This document shows, piece after piece, positions 27,563 through 36,587 of a stretch of DNA of 64,000 nt. The translations under genes and the position numbers were made by a program. The first letter of the stretch is position 1. Each line of letters starts with the position of its first letter. The DNA lies in assembly GCA_963696335.1 (NCBI GenBank), contig CAVOJS010000005.1, positions 39,910 through 103,909 of the forward strand, written 5' to 3'. This stretch comes from Terriglobia bacterium. Lineage in GTDB: Bacteria > Acidobacteriota > Terriglobia > Bryobacterales > Bryobacteraceae. The notes beneath the pieces were generated by a model that was not told the DNA's origin, ran no database searches, and was given only the letters and a program-made list of their open reading frames with translations.

Positions 27563-28486
27563 TTAGGCCACGGCCCGCTTGCAATAGTCGAACATCAGCT
27601 GCACCTCTTCCACTTCCTTGCGCAAGGTTCCGTGTTCAAACTCGAGCAGTGCGACGATCGGCCACCGATTATCCCGAATCAGGCGCAAGACTTCGATGAT
27701 AGGCGCGTCTCCTTCACCAAACGGGGTGCTGCGGCCGTTGTTGCGACGGCGGTCGCCGACGTGCACCGCGACCACACGCTCGTGGTGGCGCTCCAGAAAT
27801 CCTACACAGTCGCCGTTGCCGGCGACAAAGTGACGCATATCCAGGGTCGCCTTAAAGTCCGGGAACAGAGCGAAGCCTTTTTCGAAGCTGGCCTCATTGC
27901 TCAGCGCATCGGGATCGGAAAGGTTATCGTGATTGTGCAGTCCCATGAAGATCCCATGCTTCTCCACAAAAGGCGCCAGCCGCGCGGACATCGCGAGGCC
28001 TTGCGAACCCGTTACCCCTCTCGCGCCGAGCGCCTTGGCCGCTTCAAACGTCGCATCGATTTCGGCGTCCGAATACGATTCGTTGATGCCTACCCAATAG
28101 CCGAAAATGGTGACGCCTTGATCAGCGAAGTCCTTGCGGATGTTTTCGTAGTAGGACCGAGGAGCCCGTAATCGCCATTCCCTGAGTTGCTCGCGCGCTG
28201 CCTCCTCGTCGACGCCCGGCCTATTGAAACGCGGCTCGCACCAGACGCCATGGAGCTCCACGACGCCCATGCCGTTCTGGACCAGGCGCCGCAGAAGTTC
28301 GGGCCGGTTTTGCGGGGTCATCGCCAGATCGTGATAGCAAAAGGGCTGCAGGCCAAACTGCACGCCATGAATAAAAGACCGGTTGGGCGCGCTCCCGGAT
28401 TGTGCACTCGCGCTTCCGGAAAGACACGTCAACGCTGACAACCTGCCAAGCGTCGATTTTCCGAAATCACGTCTCGTGAACTTCAT
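27563..28486 (-). CDS. Tat-signal xylose-isomerase-like TIM-barrel protein (sugar phosphate isomerase/epimerase superfamily)
   Basis: The Tat motif is MKFTRRDFGK. The conserved C-terminal block is VHVGDRRRNNGRSTPFGEGDAPIIEVLRLIRDNRWPIVALLEFEH. It is a paralog of 30295, 38233, 44870 and 52552. Confidence 0.9.
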   Translation of the reverse strand: MKFTRRDFGKSTLGRLSALTCLSGSASAQSGSAPNRSFIHGVQFGLQPFCYHDLAMTPQNRPELLRRLVQNGMGVVELHGVWCEPRFNRPGVDEEAAREQLREWRLRAPRSYYENIRKDFADQGVTIFGYWVGINESYSDAEIDATFEAAKALGARGVTGSQGLAMSARLAPFVEKHGIFMGLHNHDNLSDPDALSNEASFEKGFALFPDFKATLDMRHFVAGNGDCVGFLERHHERVVAVHVGDRRRNNGRSTPFGEGDAPIIEVLRLIRDNRWPIVALLEFEHGTLRKEVEEVQLMFDYCKRAVA

Positions 28487-28529
28487 CGCTCCTCCGTCGT
28501 AAAAACGTCGCGCTCTCCGATCAACGGCG

Positions 28530-29318
28530 TTAGCGATACGCTGGCGGCCCCTGGGGAAGGTCGATCAGGAAACGCGCACGCGCTCCATCGGCCGGATCGC
28601 ACAGCCATTCCCGCACCGTCGTTGACGCGGGCAGTTTTTCGTACAGAAATGCATATGTGTGCGGTTTGACGAACACCTTGCTGTCGATCCACGTGAACGT
28701 CACGTGCAGTTTGCGGCCTTCTACCGCCAGCGTGTACTGTTCGATCAGGTGGGAGTTCTCGCTCCGGAATCCGCCGCCCGGGATCGCGTTCATTCCCGCA
28801 TCGTTGAATCCGATCGTATCGACCGTGAGCGTGCCCCCATTCCAACTCCCGATTGAGTTGCCGAGCGTGGTCGGATCGAACGTGTCCAATGAAGGATGCG
28901 TCCGGCCGTCCGTGTAGATGTGACGGACCGGGGAATTCGACTGAGAGGTGATCGCGACTTCGTTCTTGCCCTGGCGGATATCGATCGGCGACCCATCGTC
29001 CATCATGAACGGCACGCCCACATGATTGCACCACCGGATCACGTGGAACTCTTTGGCCTTTTGCACCGCCGGGTCGGCGGCAGCCGCAGCCGCGGTGAGC
29101 GATGCCTTCGGAACGTTTCGGCTGTAATAGCGCAGTTCCCAGAAACCCGAAATATCGGACGCGAGATTCGACTGCGCCCGCGCGTTGGGAGCAAGCCCAA
29201 CCCCCGCAAGGAAGGCCGTAAGGAAGACGACGGGCATTCTTCCGCGTAACCCTGCCCCTGAATTATGGTGTCGCCGGAAAGTCATATGCAAGCCTGGTCG
29301 ATTCGCGTCTGAACTCAT
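28530..29318 (-). CDS. Secreted protein of the SGxW family, subtype C1
   Basis: Motifs are DISGFWEL, YTDGRTHPS, GNSIGSWNGGTLTVDTIGFND and IPGGGFR, with a Cys pair (RWCNHVG ... WLCDP). ATG 29318 overlaps the upstream stop as ATGA. Internal Met starts at 29285 and 29237 are also possible. Confidence 0.8.
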   Translation of the reverse strand: MSSDANRPGLHMTFRRHHNSGAGLRGRMPVVFLTAFLAGVGLAPNARAQSNLASDISGFWELRYYSRNVPKASLTAAAAAADPAVQKAKEFHVIRWCNHVGVPFMMDDGSPIDIRQGKNEVAITSQSNSPVRHIYTDGRTHPSLDTFDPTTLGNSIGSWNGGTLTVDTIGFNDAGMNAIPGGGFRSENSHLIEQYTLAVEGRKLHVTFTWIDSKVFVKPHTYAFLYEKLPASTTVREWLCDPADGARARFLIDLPQGPPAYR

Positions 29319-30091
29319 TGTTGGGGCGGCGCGGGCGATTGTTGACCCACGTTCGCCGGACGATTATTTTGCTCATACACGCTGGTCGCGCCAATCACCG
29401 GTATGCCCTGGACCGATTGGTACTCCTTGGGGTCGCCCGAATCGCACGGGTCCTCGAACGCGTACACATCCTTCGGCATCTTGTAATAGTTCAACTGATA
29501 CGCGTGAGGCTTGGCGTAGATGGTCGGATCGGCCCACAGGAAATCGACCGTCATGTGCCCGCCGTCGCCCACCCGGTAGCGTTCGATGAGATGGGTTTGG
29601 GGCCCACGGCGTCCGCCGCCGGGCACGCCCGCGAAGCCCAGGAAACCCACGGTGTCGATGACCAGCGTGTCGCCTTCCCAATGCCCGGTCGAGTGCCCGT
29701 TGGAAGTGAGCTCAACATCGGCCGGATGCCCGCGACCGTCCATATACACATGACGCGAACCGCCCTCGCGCTCGGAGACGATCAGTAGTTCGTCGTCTCT
29801 TTGCACGAAGTCGAACGGTGGCGAGGACGTCATAAAGAAAGGGAATGCCAGGACGCGGCACGCGGTTCCATCTACGGGATCCTTCGCTCCGTAAGCAGGG
29901 TGTTCGCCCCGAGGGCGTTGCATGGGCGCAAGCCCCGGAACCAGCTGCGCACGGTCTACCTTACCGAACACGTCGATGAACGCCCCTGAGCCGCTGGTGA
30001 ACTTGGGCTCCCAGAATCCCGAGAAATCGGGATGAGCCGTCTGCGCCAGGGCTACTCCCGCGAGCGGAACCATCAACGCAAGGAGCCGCAT
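29315..30091 (-). CDS. Secreted protein of the SGxW family, subtype C2
   Basis: The likely start is ATG 30091 (MRLLALMVPLAGVALAQ). Motifs are DFSGFWEP, YMDGRGHPAD and GHSTGHWEGDTLVIDTVGF, with a Cys pair (TACRVL ... DPCDSGD). The 382-aa ORF extension to 30463 is rejected. Confidence 0.8.
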   Translation of the reverse strand: MRLLALMVPLAGVALAQTAHPDFSGFWEPKFTSGSGAFIDVFGKVDRAQLVPGLAPMQRPRGEHPAYGAKDPVDGTACRVLAFPFFMTSSPPFDFVQRDDELLIVSEREGGSRHVYMDGRGHPADVELTSNGHSTGHWEGDTLVIDTVGFLGFAGVPGGGRRGPQTHLIERYRVGDGGHMTVDFLWADPTIYAKPHAYQLNYYKMPKDVYAFEDPCDSGDPKEYQSVQGIPVIGATSVYEQNNRPANVGQQSPAPPQQ

Positions 30092-30294
30092 TGGTGTCGA
30101 AGCCGGTCGCCTCGCAGGAGGGTTCGCTGCGTGACAGCTTCGCCCGGCCGGTTTCGGAGCCGAAAGAATCGGAATGAGCGCCCTGCCCGCCCCGAGCCAC
30201 GTTCTTATGCACGATTTCGATAGCCACATGCGACGCTGCAATCCCACGATAGCGATTCGATTGTCGACCATATGTTTCGGCCCCCGGTTCCGCG

Positions 30295-31248
30295 CTACGC
30301 CTCCAGACATTTCCTCGCGTAGCTCAGACAGTTGGAGATTTCCGTTACCGAGTTCGACCCGGGCGGAATGGGATACTCCAACTCGATATTCGCCGGGAAC
30401 GTGTACCTTTCTTTTTTCAGCATGAGGAGCACTTCCTTGATCGGAGTATCTCCCTGACCCCACGGCATGTTCGGACCGTTATTCCGCTTGCGGTCTTTGA
30501 GGTGCAGATTGGTAATCCGGGCATGGTTCTTCTGGATGAACGCGACCGCATCAAGATTCGCCGCCGTCATATGCCCGATGTCTAGATTGGCGCCGATGTA
30601 TTTATTCAGTGACAGGATCGTCTCAAAAGATTGCAGCGATGCGAACTCGTTCGGGTCGTCCACCGCCGCATGATTGTGGCCGCCCCACACGATCTTGTAT
30701 TTCTCTGCGACCGGAGCCACGCGCCGCGCGACCGCCACCTTGCTGGTCGACGAAATCGCATGAACCTGGAGCGCCCGCGCCATGCGAAAGGCATGCTCGA
30801 TTTCCTCGTCTTCAATATCGGCCGCCATGTTGTAGCACAGGATGTCGATGCGAACGCCCGCGGCCTCGAAGGTCTTACGGACTTTTTCGAAGGTCGCTGG
30901 AGTGGTGGTTCTGCGCCATTCTTGGCGCCGCCGCCGGCCTTCTTCAATCGCTGCTTGTTGCTCCGGCGTCAACTTCACGCCGGGTCCGAAATTGGGGATT
31001 ACGGGCGCGCCCGCCGCAAGCTCGCCATCGTTCGACATCAGTTCCACCGAATTCAGACCGATTTTGACCAGGTCCGGGAGGATATCGTCCGGCTTCTTGA
31101 CGTCCGTCTTAAAACTATAGGTAATGGTGCCTATCTGTACGCCGTCGAACTTGGAATTAGGCGCGGCCATCGCCCGCACCGGGATGAACGCGCCGGCCTG
31201 CAGAGCAGCGGCCGCGAGCTTCCCGAAGTCCCTTCGAGTTGAATTCAT
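30295..31248 (-). CDS. Tat-signal xylose-isomerase-like TIM-barrel protein
   Basis: The Tat motif is MNSTRRDFGK. The conserved block is LHLKDRKRNNGPNMPWGQGDTPIKEVLLMLKKERYTFPANIELEY. Confidence 0.9.
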   Translation of the reverse strand: MNSTRRDFGKLAAAALQAGAFIPVRAMAAPNSKFDGVQIGTITYSFKTDVKKPDDILPDLVKIGLNSVELMSNDGELAAGAPVIPNFGPGVKLTPEQQAAIEEGRRRRQEWRRTTTPATFEKVRKTFEAAGVRIDILCYNMAADIEDEEIEHAFRMARALQVHAISSTSKVAVARRVAPVAEKYKIVWGGHNHAAVDDPNEFASLQSFETILSLNKYIGANLDIGHMTAANLDAVAFIQKNHARITNLHLKDRKRNNGPNMPWGQGDTPIKEVLLMLKKERYTFPANIELEYPIPPGSNSVTEISNCLSYARKCLEA

Positions 31249-31260
31249 GAAGTCTCTCCT

Positions 31261-32406
31261 TTAACTGACGGTTACCCATCCCTGCCGCTCGAAGCTCGAA
31301 AATTCGGCCTCGAGTATGGTCAACTGCCGCAAGCCGTCCGCGAATTGCGGATAATCCGGCGCCAGGGCCGGGTTCTCTATACTGCGATAGAAGCGGCGGA
31401 ACACCTGCTTGAACGTGTCGTCGTAGCCTTCGCTGTGTCCCCCGGGAAGCTCCGCATACGCGCGCGCCTCGGGATCGAGCAGCGACGGATCTTTCAGCAG
31501 AATTTGATTGGGCGCGCCGCGATGGCCAATCCACAGTTCGTCCTGCCTCTCGCCGTCCCACGCAAGGCCCGCTTTGGTCCCGAAGATTTCCAGGCGGAAG
31601 CTGTTCTTGCGGCCGGCGCTCACCTGGCTCGCGGTGAAGCATCCGCGCGCCCGTTTGCCCAGATGGAACATCACCGCCGCGTAATCTTCCGTATCGATCG
31701 CGACGTCCTCGTAATCCTCGGGCTCGAGCGCAGCGCCCGAAAACGTGTCGACCGCCCGCTTCGGACGCTTGCGGGATTTGTGGAATGTTTCAATGTCCGC
31801 GCACACCGAACGAATGCGCTGCCCGGTTATATGTTCGATCGTGTCGCACCAATGCGAGCCGATATCCGCCAGACAACGCGACCGGCCTCCTTCGGCCGAA
31901 ACCAGACGCCAGTTCCAGTCCGTTTCGTACAAGAGCCAATCCTGCGAATACGTCCCTTGCACGATCAGGACTTCTCCCAGTTCTCCGGATTGGCAGATAC
32001 GCCGCGCCTGCTGAACCATGGGATAGGATCGCAGATTGTGGAAGGTGCAGTTTCGCAGCCCGGTCTTATTCGCAAGCTCGACCAGCTGGCGAGCTTCGTT
32101 TACGGACGTTGCGAGCGGTTTCTCGCACAACACATGCTTGCCCGCTTCGAGCGCCGCCTTCGCGATGGGAAAGTGGAGCGCGTTCGGGGTACACACATGG
32201 ACGGCGTCGACTTCTGGATCCCGCAGCAAATCCTCGTAATTTGCGCTGAACCGGTCCACGCATAGTTCCGCTGCGAGCTTCGCGCCGTCATCCGCCGGCC
32301 CCACGCCGATTGCATACACTTCCACGTTGCCCAGTCTGCGGATGGCTTCGACGTGAATGCGCCCCACGAACCCGGTTCCGAACACAACCGTCTTCAGCTT
32401 CTTCAT
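31261..32406 (-). CDS. Gfo/Idh/MocA-family NAD(P)-dependent oxidoreductase (cytoplasmic)
   Basis: The N-terminal Rossmann motif is VVFGTGFVGRIHVEAI and the EKP motif is VLCEKPLA. There is no signal peptide. Confidence 0.9.
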   Translation of the reverse strand: MKKLKTVVFGTGFVGRIHVEAIRRLGNVEVYAIGVGPADDGAKLAAELCVDRFSANYEDLLRDPEVDAVHVCTPNALHFPIAKAALEAGKHVLCEKPLATSVNEARQLVELANKTGLRNCTFHNLRSYPMVQQARRICQSGELGEVLIVQGTYSQDWLLYETDWNWRLVSAEGGRSRCLADIGSHWCDTIEHITGQRIRSVCADIETFHKSRKRPKRAVDTFSGAALEPEDYEDVAIDTEDYAAVMFHLGKRARGCFTASQVSAGRKNSFRLEIFGTKAGLAWDGERQDELWIGHRGAPNQILLKDPSLLDPEARAYAELPGGHSEGYDDTFKQVFRRFYRSIENPALAPDYPQFADGLRQLTILEAEFSSFERQGWVTVS

Positions 32407-32410
32407 GCCG

Positions 32411-33370
32411 TTACGCCCACCACGCCGCGCCGGCCTTTTCCCGGATGATCAATTCGTTGAGGAACGCGGCCGCCTTCGTCAGTCCTTCCTCCGCAGACAT
32501 CAGGCTGTCTTCATGTTCGATCGAGAGCGCATGGTCGTACCCGTACACGCGCAGCGTGGAGACAAACTCCTTCCACCAGGCCGCATCGTGTCCGTAGCCG
32601 CATGTGCGGAAAATCCAGGACCGGTTGCGCTCATCCGTGTAATGCTTGGTATCCAGCACGCCGGCGCGCGGTAGATTGGCCGCGTACATCTGCGTATCCT
32701 TCGCGTGCACGTGAAAAATCGCGTCGCCCAGCACGCGAATCGCCGCGATCGGATCGATCCCTTGCCAGAACAGGTGACTCGGATCGTAGTTGCAGCCGAT
32801 CGAGGGACCGGAAACGTCCCGCAACCGAAGCATCGTCTCGGGACTATAGACGACGAACCCGGGATGCATTTCGATTGCGACCTTCACGCCGTGATCCGCC
32901 GCAAATTTCGCGCGCTCCTTCCAGAAGGGTACAACCGCCTCCTCCCACTGCCACTTCAGCACGTCCAGGTACTCGGGAGGCCAGGGGCAAGTGACCCAGT
33001 TCGGAAACTTCGCCCCGGGAGAATCTCCGGGACAGCCGCTGAAATCAACCACCACCGGCACTCCGAGCTTTTCGGCGAGCAAGATGGTCTTCCGGCTGAC
33101 TTCGGCATCGCGTGCGGCGCGCTCGCGATCGGGATGCAAGGGATTTCCGTGCGAACTCAGTGCGCTGATCGAGAACCCATGGTCGTCGAGTTTCTTCTTA
33201 AAATCGGCGAGCTGCGGCGGACTCTCGAGCATGGAAAGCTTGCAATGAGAATCTCCGGGATAGCTCCCTGTTCCCAACTCCACCGTCCGGATATTCAGCT
33301 TCGCAAGCTTTTGCAGCACCTCTTCCAGCCTGAGGCTGGAAAGCAGAGGAGTAAAAACACCAACGTTCAC
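32411..33370 (-). CDS. Xylose-isomerase-like TIM-barrel protein without a signal peptide (cytoplasmic sugar phosphate isomerase/epimerase family)
   Basis: Family-like sequences are VAIEMHPGFVVYSP, NYDPSHLFWQGIDP, HVHAKD and SIEHED. GTG 33370 lies 26 nt after the upstream stop. The ORF extension to 33457 would overlap the upstream gene. Confidence 0.85.
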   Translation of the reverse strand: MNVGVFTPLLSSLRLEEVLQKLAKLNIRTVELGTGSYPGDSHCKLSMLESPPQLADFKKKLDDHGFSISALSSHGNPLHPDRERAARDAEVSRKTILLAEKLGVPVVVDFSGCPGDSPGAKFPNWVTCPWPPEYLDVLKWQWEEAVVPFWKERAKFAADHGVKVAIEMHPGFVVYSPETMLRLRDVSGPSIGCNYDPSHLFWQGIDPIAAIRVLGDAIFHVHAKDTQMYAANLPRAGVLDTKHYTDERNRSWIFRTCGYGHDAAWWKEFVSTLRVYGYDHALSIEHEDSLMSAEEGLTKAAAFLNELIIREKAGAAWWA

Positions 33371-33396
33371 GCTTTTCGCTCCTGTATCCCGAGGGC

Positions 33397-34101
33397 TTAA
33401 TTGCCCTCGATCGCCCCCACGAGGAATTTCGTTCTGTCCTGATCGCCCGCGTCGCACGGCAGCACGCGAGGCTCTTCAATCCGTGCAATCCGGTAGTAGC
33501 GGAATTCGTACGAGTGCGGCTTTCGATACACCCTGGAATCCTCCCAGGTGAACGTCGCGGAAAGACGCGCGCCGTCACCCAATAGGCGATACCGTTCGAC
33601 CAGGCGTGAATTCGAGGTGCGCGTGCCGCCGCCCGGGATTCTGGTAGCGCCGCGGTCGTTGAACCCCACCGTGTCGACGACGAACGTATCTGCCTCCCAA
33701 TGGCCGATCGAATGGCCGTTGGTCGTGGGATCCAGATCATCCTTGTCGGGGTGCTTGCGCCCATCGGTGAAAATGTAGCGCGCCGAGGAAGGCGCTTTTG
33801 AGACCATGGCCGTCACCGTCGGGCTTTGCCGGATGTCGAGCGGCGAGCGGTCGCCCAGAATATAGGGAACGCCGAGCGGAATGCAATACCGGATCGACTC
33901 CACGTCGTGTTTCCTTTGCGCCAGCTCTGCCGCCATATCCCCCGGCCTGAGCAAAGCGGCGGCCGGAACGCTCATGCTATCGAAACGCAGTTCCCAATAA
34001 CCCGTAATGTCCGGATGCGATGCGGTCTGGCCGATGGCGATCGGCACGAGACCGGCCATGGGCAAGAGGAGCAGCGTCCAGACCGGTGTCGTCGCCTTCA
34101 C
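33397..34101 (-). CDS. Secreted protein of the SGxW family, subtype C1
   Basis: Motifs are DITGYWEL, FTDGRKHPDK, GHSIGHWEADTFVVDTVGFND and IPGGGTR, with a Cys pair (RYCIPLG ... LPCDAGD). The GTG start overlaps the upstream stop as GTGA. Confidence 0.8.
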   Translation of the reverse strand: MKATTPVWTLLLLPMAGLVPIAIGQTASHPDITGYWELRFDSMSVPAAALLRPGDMAAELAQRKHDVESIRYCIPLGVPYILGDRSPLDIRQSPTVTAMVSKAPSSARYIFTDGRKHPDKDDLDPTTNGHSIGHWEADTFVVDTVGFNDRGATRIPGGGTRTSNSRLVERYRLLGDGARLSATFTWEDSRVYRKPHSYEFRYYRIARIEEPRVLPCDAGDQDRTKFLVGAIEGN

Positions 34102-34859
34102 TTCTGCTCCGGCGTTGAGACCGATCCCAACTGGCGTTGCGAGTATCCGGCATCGCGAGGATCGTCATTATTCTCAAACGGCGTCCCTTCCGCGACCCTC
34201 TTAAATTTGTACGTGAACGTATGTGGCTTCAAAAAAACCGTATCGTCCTCGTAGCGGAACGTGATCGTCATTACGTCGTGGCTGACCAACTGAAACTGCT
34301 CGGTGAGACGCGTCGTATCTTTGGCCCGTCCTCCGCCTGGCGTAGGCATCACGGGATGCCGGCTGTCGCACACGCGTGCCGGAAACGCGACGGTCTCCAC
34401 CACCAGCGCGCTGCCTTCCCAGTGCCCGATCGAATGCCCGAATCCGCTCGGCCGGTATCCGGGCGCCTTGGTCTCGGAATGATCGCGTCCATCCGTGTAA
34501 ATGAACCGCGCGCGATTGGACTCCGCTCCGAGGAGAATCTCATCGTTGGTCTGCACGATGTTCAGCGCGGGTGAAGATGCCATCATCAACGGCAGGTTTC
34601 CGACCGGGCAAGCCGCCGTCCGCCGCGCGACGTTCACGACGTTCCCCGCGTTGGCCGAGTCCTGCAGCTTCTTATTGTCCTCGATAATTTCCGGCCGCAA
34701 CTGCGGCGCTGGAACATTCGCGAACCATTCCTCGAAGCTGCCCGACCCGGGATCCTGCACCAGCCACATTCCGGATAAATCGGCACGAGCCGCGTTTTGC
34801 GCGAGTCCGCAAGCCGCGGATAGCAGCACGACCGCCGCGATGGATGGAAATGGTTTCAT
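34098..34859 (-). CDS. Secreted protein of the SGxW family, subtype C2
   Basis: The signal peptide is MKPFPSIAAVVLLSAACGLAQ. Motifs are DLSGMW, YTDGRDHSE and GHSIGHWEGSALVVETVAF. It is the only family member that lacks the C-terminal Cys. Confidence 0.8.
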   Translation of the reverse strand: MKPFPSIAAVVLLSAACGLAQNAARADLSGMWLVQDPGSGSFEEWFANVPAPQLRPEIIEDNKKLQDSANAGNVVNVARRTAACPVGNLPLMMASSPALNIVQTNDEILLGAESNRARFIYTDGRDHSETKAPGYRPSGFGHSIGHWEGSALVVETVAFPARVCDSRHPVMPTPGGGRAKDTTRLTEQFQLVSHDVMTITFRYEDDTVFLKPHTFTYKFKRVAEGTPFENNDDPRDAGYSQRQLGSVSTPEQK

Positions 34860-34868
34860 AAACTCGTC

Positions 34869-36587
34869 TCAATTTAGGACAAACGAATAAATGGTATCGC
34901 CCGCGGCAACCAGCAGATACTGATGGCCGTCGAGCAGATACGTCTCCGGTGCGTTGGTGACCTGATTCGTGAGATAGGCGTGCCACAGGATCTTGCCGTC
35001 CGCTGCGTCGTAGCCGATGATGTTCCCGGATACGTCCCCCGCGAACAGCAGCCCGCCCGCCGTCGTCAACATACCGGAACCCAGCGCGCCGCCGAGCGCG
35101 GGATAAACGTGCTTCCAGACCGTCTTGCCGGTCCGGTAGTCGATCGCCGAAATATAGCTGCGCATGGTGCCCAAGGCGACTTCTTCTTTGCCGCCGAGCC
35201 CCATCGCGCCGCGCGGATCGAGCTCCGTCTGATAGTACATGGCATAGCTGTCCTGCGTCGGCACATACATCAGGCCGGTCGCGGGATTGAACGCCGGTGG
35301 CGGCCAGTTTGTGGCGCCCTGGTTCGCCGAAGAGACCAATGCCCCGGCGGGATCGAAGTCCTTCGCCGGATCGCGAACCGGCTGGCCCTTCGCGTTGAGC
35401 CCCTTCGCCCAGTTCACCGCCTCTCCGAATTTACTGGTCACCAGATGCTCGCCGGTCAAGCGATCGAGCGTAAAGAAGTAGCCGTTGCGGCTCGCCTGCA
35501 AAACCATCTTTCGCATGCGCCCGTTGAATTCCGCATCGATCAGCACCGGGGTTTGCGCCGAATCCCAGTCGTGCGTGTCGTGCGGCGACGTTTGGTAATA
35601 CCACGCCAGCTTGCCCGTCTCCACGTTCACTGCGACCACGGAGCACGTATACAAATTGTCTCCCTCTCCGCGCGTCCCCGTTGTATATGCGGGAGACGGG
35701 TTGCCCGTGCCGAAGAAATACAAATGTGTCTCGGGATCGTACGATCCTGGCACCCACGCGTTGCCCCCTCCATGTTTCGCGGCATCCAGGTTGGCCCACG
35801 TTTCAAGGCCCGGATCTCCCTTCTTCATCGGAACTGTGTAGAACTTCCATTGCAGCGCGCCCGTTTCCGGATCGAGCGATTGAATGAAACCGGGTTCGTC
35901 CAGGTCGTTGCCCGTGCCCACCAGGATGTGATTGCCGATCACAATCGGCGCGGTGGTGGAAAAATACTGCAGATCGAAATCCGCGATTTCTTTGTGCCAC
36001 AGCTCCTTGCCGGTCCTGGCGTCCAGGCACACCAGATAATCGTCGGGCGTTTCCATGTACAGCAGGTTGTGCCACATCCCGATTCCGCGATTGCCGATAT
36101 GCGTTCCCCCGCGTGTCTTCCACACGTAATGCCACAACTCATGTCCGTCGCGCGCGTCGAGTGCCCACGCATTGTCCGGCGTTGCCACGTAGAGGATTCC
36201 GTTTACTTCAAGGATGGATCCCTTCACGCTCGCGAGGGCCGTCGCTTCCATGTTGCCGATGCCGCCCGTGATCAGCACCGTTCCCGGGCGCTTCATTTGC
36301 GTACCGGCGATCAGCCGCGCAGACCACGCCAAACTCAGGTTCTTCACGGTTGTCTTGTCAACTTGCTTGAGCGCGCTGAACCGTTCGCCCGAATAGTCGC
36401 CGCCATAAGTCGGCCAATCGTCGGCCGTGCCGAGCGGCTTCAAAATCACTGTGGGATCGAGCCCTTGCGCCAAGAGGGCGGAGGGCGCGGGAAACAGCAG
36501 CCCGAGCGAAACAATCGGGCTCAGAGGAAGCAGTCCCAGAGGAATCAGGAAACGACAGGCGCGCAATATCATGCAAAATGATTTCAT
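34869..36587 (-). CDS. PQQ-dependent dehydrogenase, methanol/ethanol (quinoprotein alcohol dehydrogenase) family, periplasmic
   Basis: Family-like sequences are DDWPTYGGDYSGERFSALKQV...NLSLAW, GGNAWVPGSYDPETHLYFFGTGNPSP and GDNLYTCSVVAVNVETGKLAWYYQTSPHDTHDWD. ATG 36587 overlaps the upstream cytochrome stop as ATGA. The extension to 36974 is rejected. Confidence 0.9.
   Translation of the reverse strand: MKSFCMILRACRFLIPLGLLPLSPIVSLGLLFPAPSALLAQGLDPTVILKPLGTADDWPTYGGDYSGERFSALKQVDKTTVKNLSLAWSARLIAGTQMKRPGTVLITGGIGNMEATALASVKGSILEVNGILYVATPDNAWALDARDGHELWHYVWKTRGGTHIGNRGIGMWHNLLYMETPDDYLVCLDARTGKELWHKEIADFDLQYFSTTAPIVIGNHILVGTGNDLDEPGFIQSLDPETGALQWKFYTVPMKKGDPGLETWANLDAAKHGGGNAWVPGSYDPETHLYFFGTGNPSPAYTTGTRGEGDNLYTCSVVAVNVETGKLAWYYQTSPHDTHDWDSAQTPVLIDAEFNGRMRKMVLQASRNGYFFTLDRLTGEHLVTSKFGEAVNWAKGLNAKGQPVRDPAKDFDPAGALVSSANQGATNWPPPAFNPATGLMYVPTQDSYAMYYQTELDPRGAMGLGGKEEVALGTMRSYISAIDYRTGKTVWKHVYPALGGALGSGMLTTAGGLLFAGDVSGNIIGYDAADGKILWHAYLTNQVTNAPETYLLDGHQYLLVAAGDTIYSFVLN

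Noticed and set aside
30092-30463. N-terminal extensions of the longest ORFs. Examples are 29315-30463, 34869-36974, 19252-22527, 46033-49590, 58703-62407, 5160-6104, 24451-25302 and 54276-55151.
   Set aside because: In each case a downstream Met (or GTG) is immediately followed by a typical signal peptide or conserved N-terminus. It is often preceded by a Shine-Dalgarno sequence or abuts the upstream stop. The extensions are Arg-rich and unconserved among the paralogs.
34923-36581. A 552-aa plus-strand ORF opposite the PQQ dehydrogenase.
   Set aside because: It is a shadow ORF. The minus strand carries unmistakable quinoprotein motifs, and the plus-frame product is Arg-rich low-complexity sequence.
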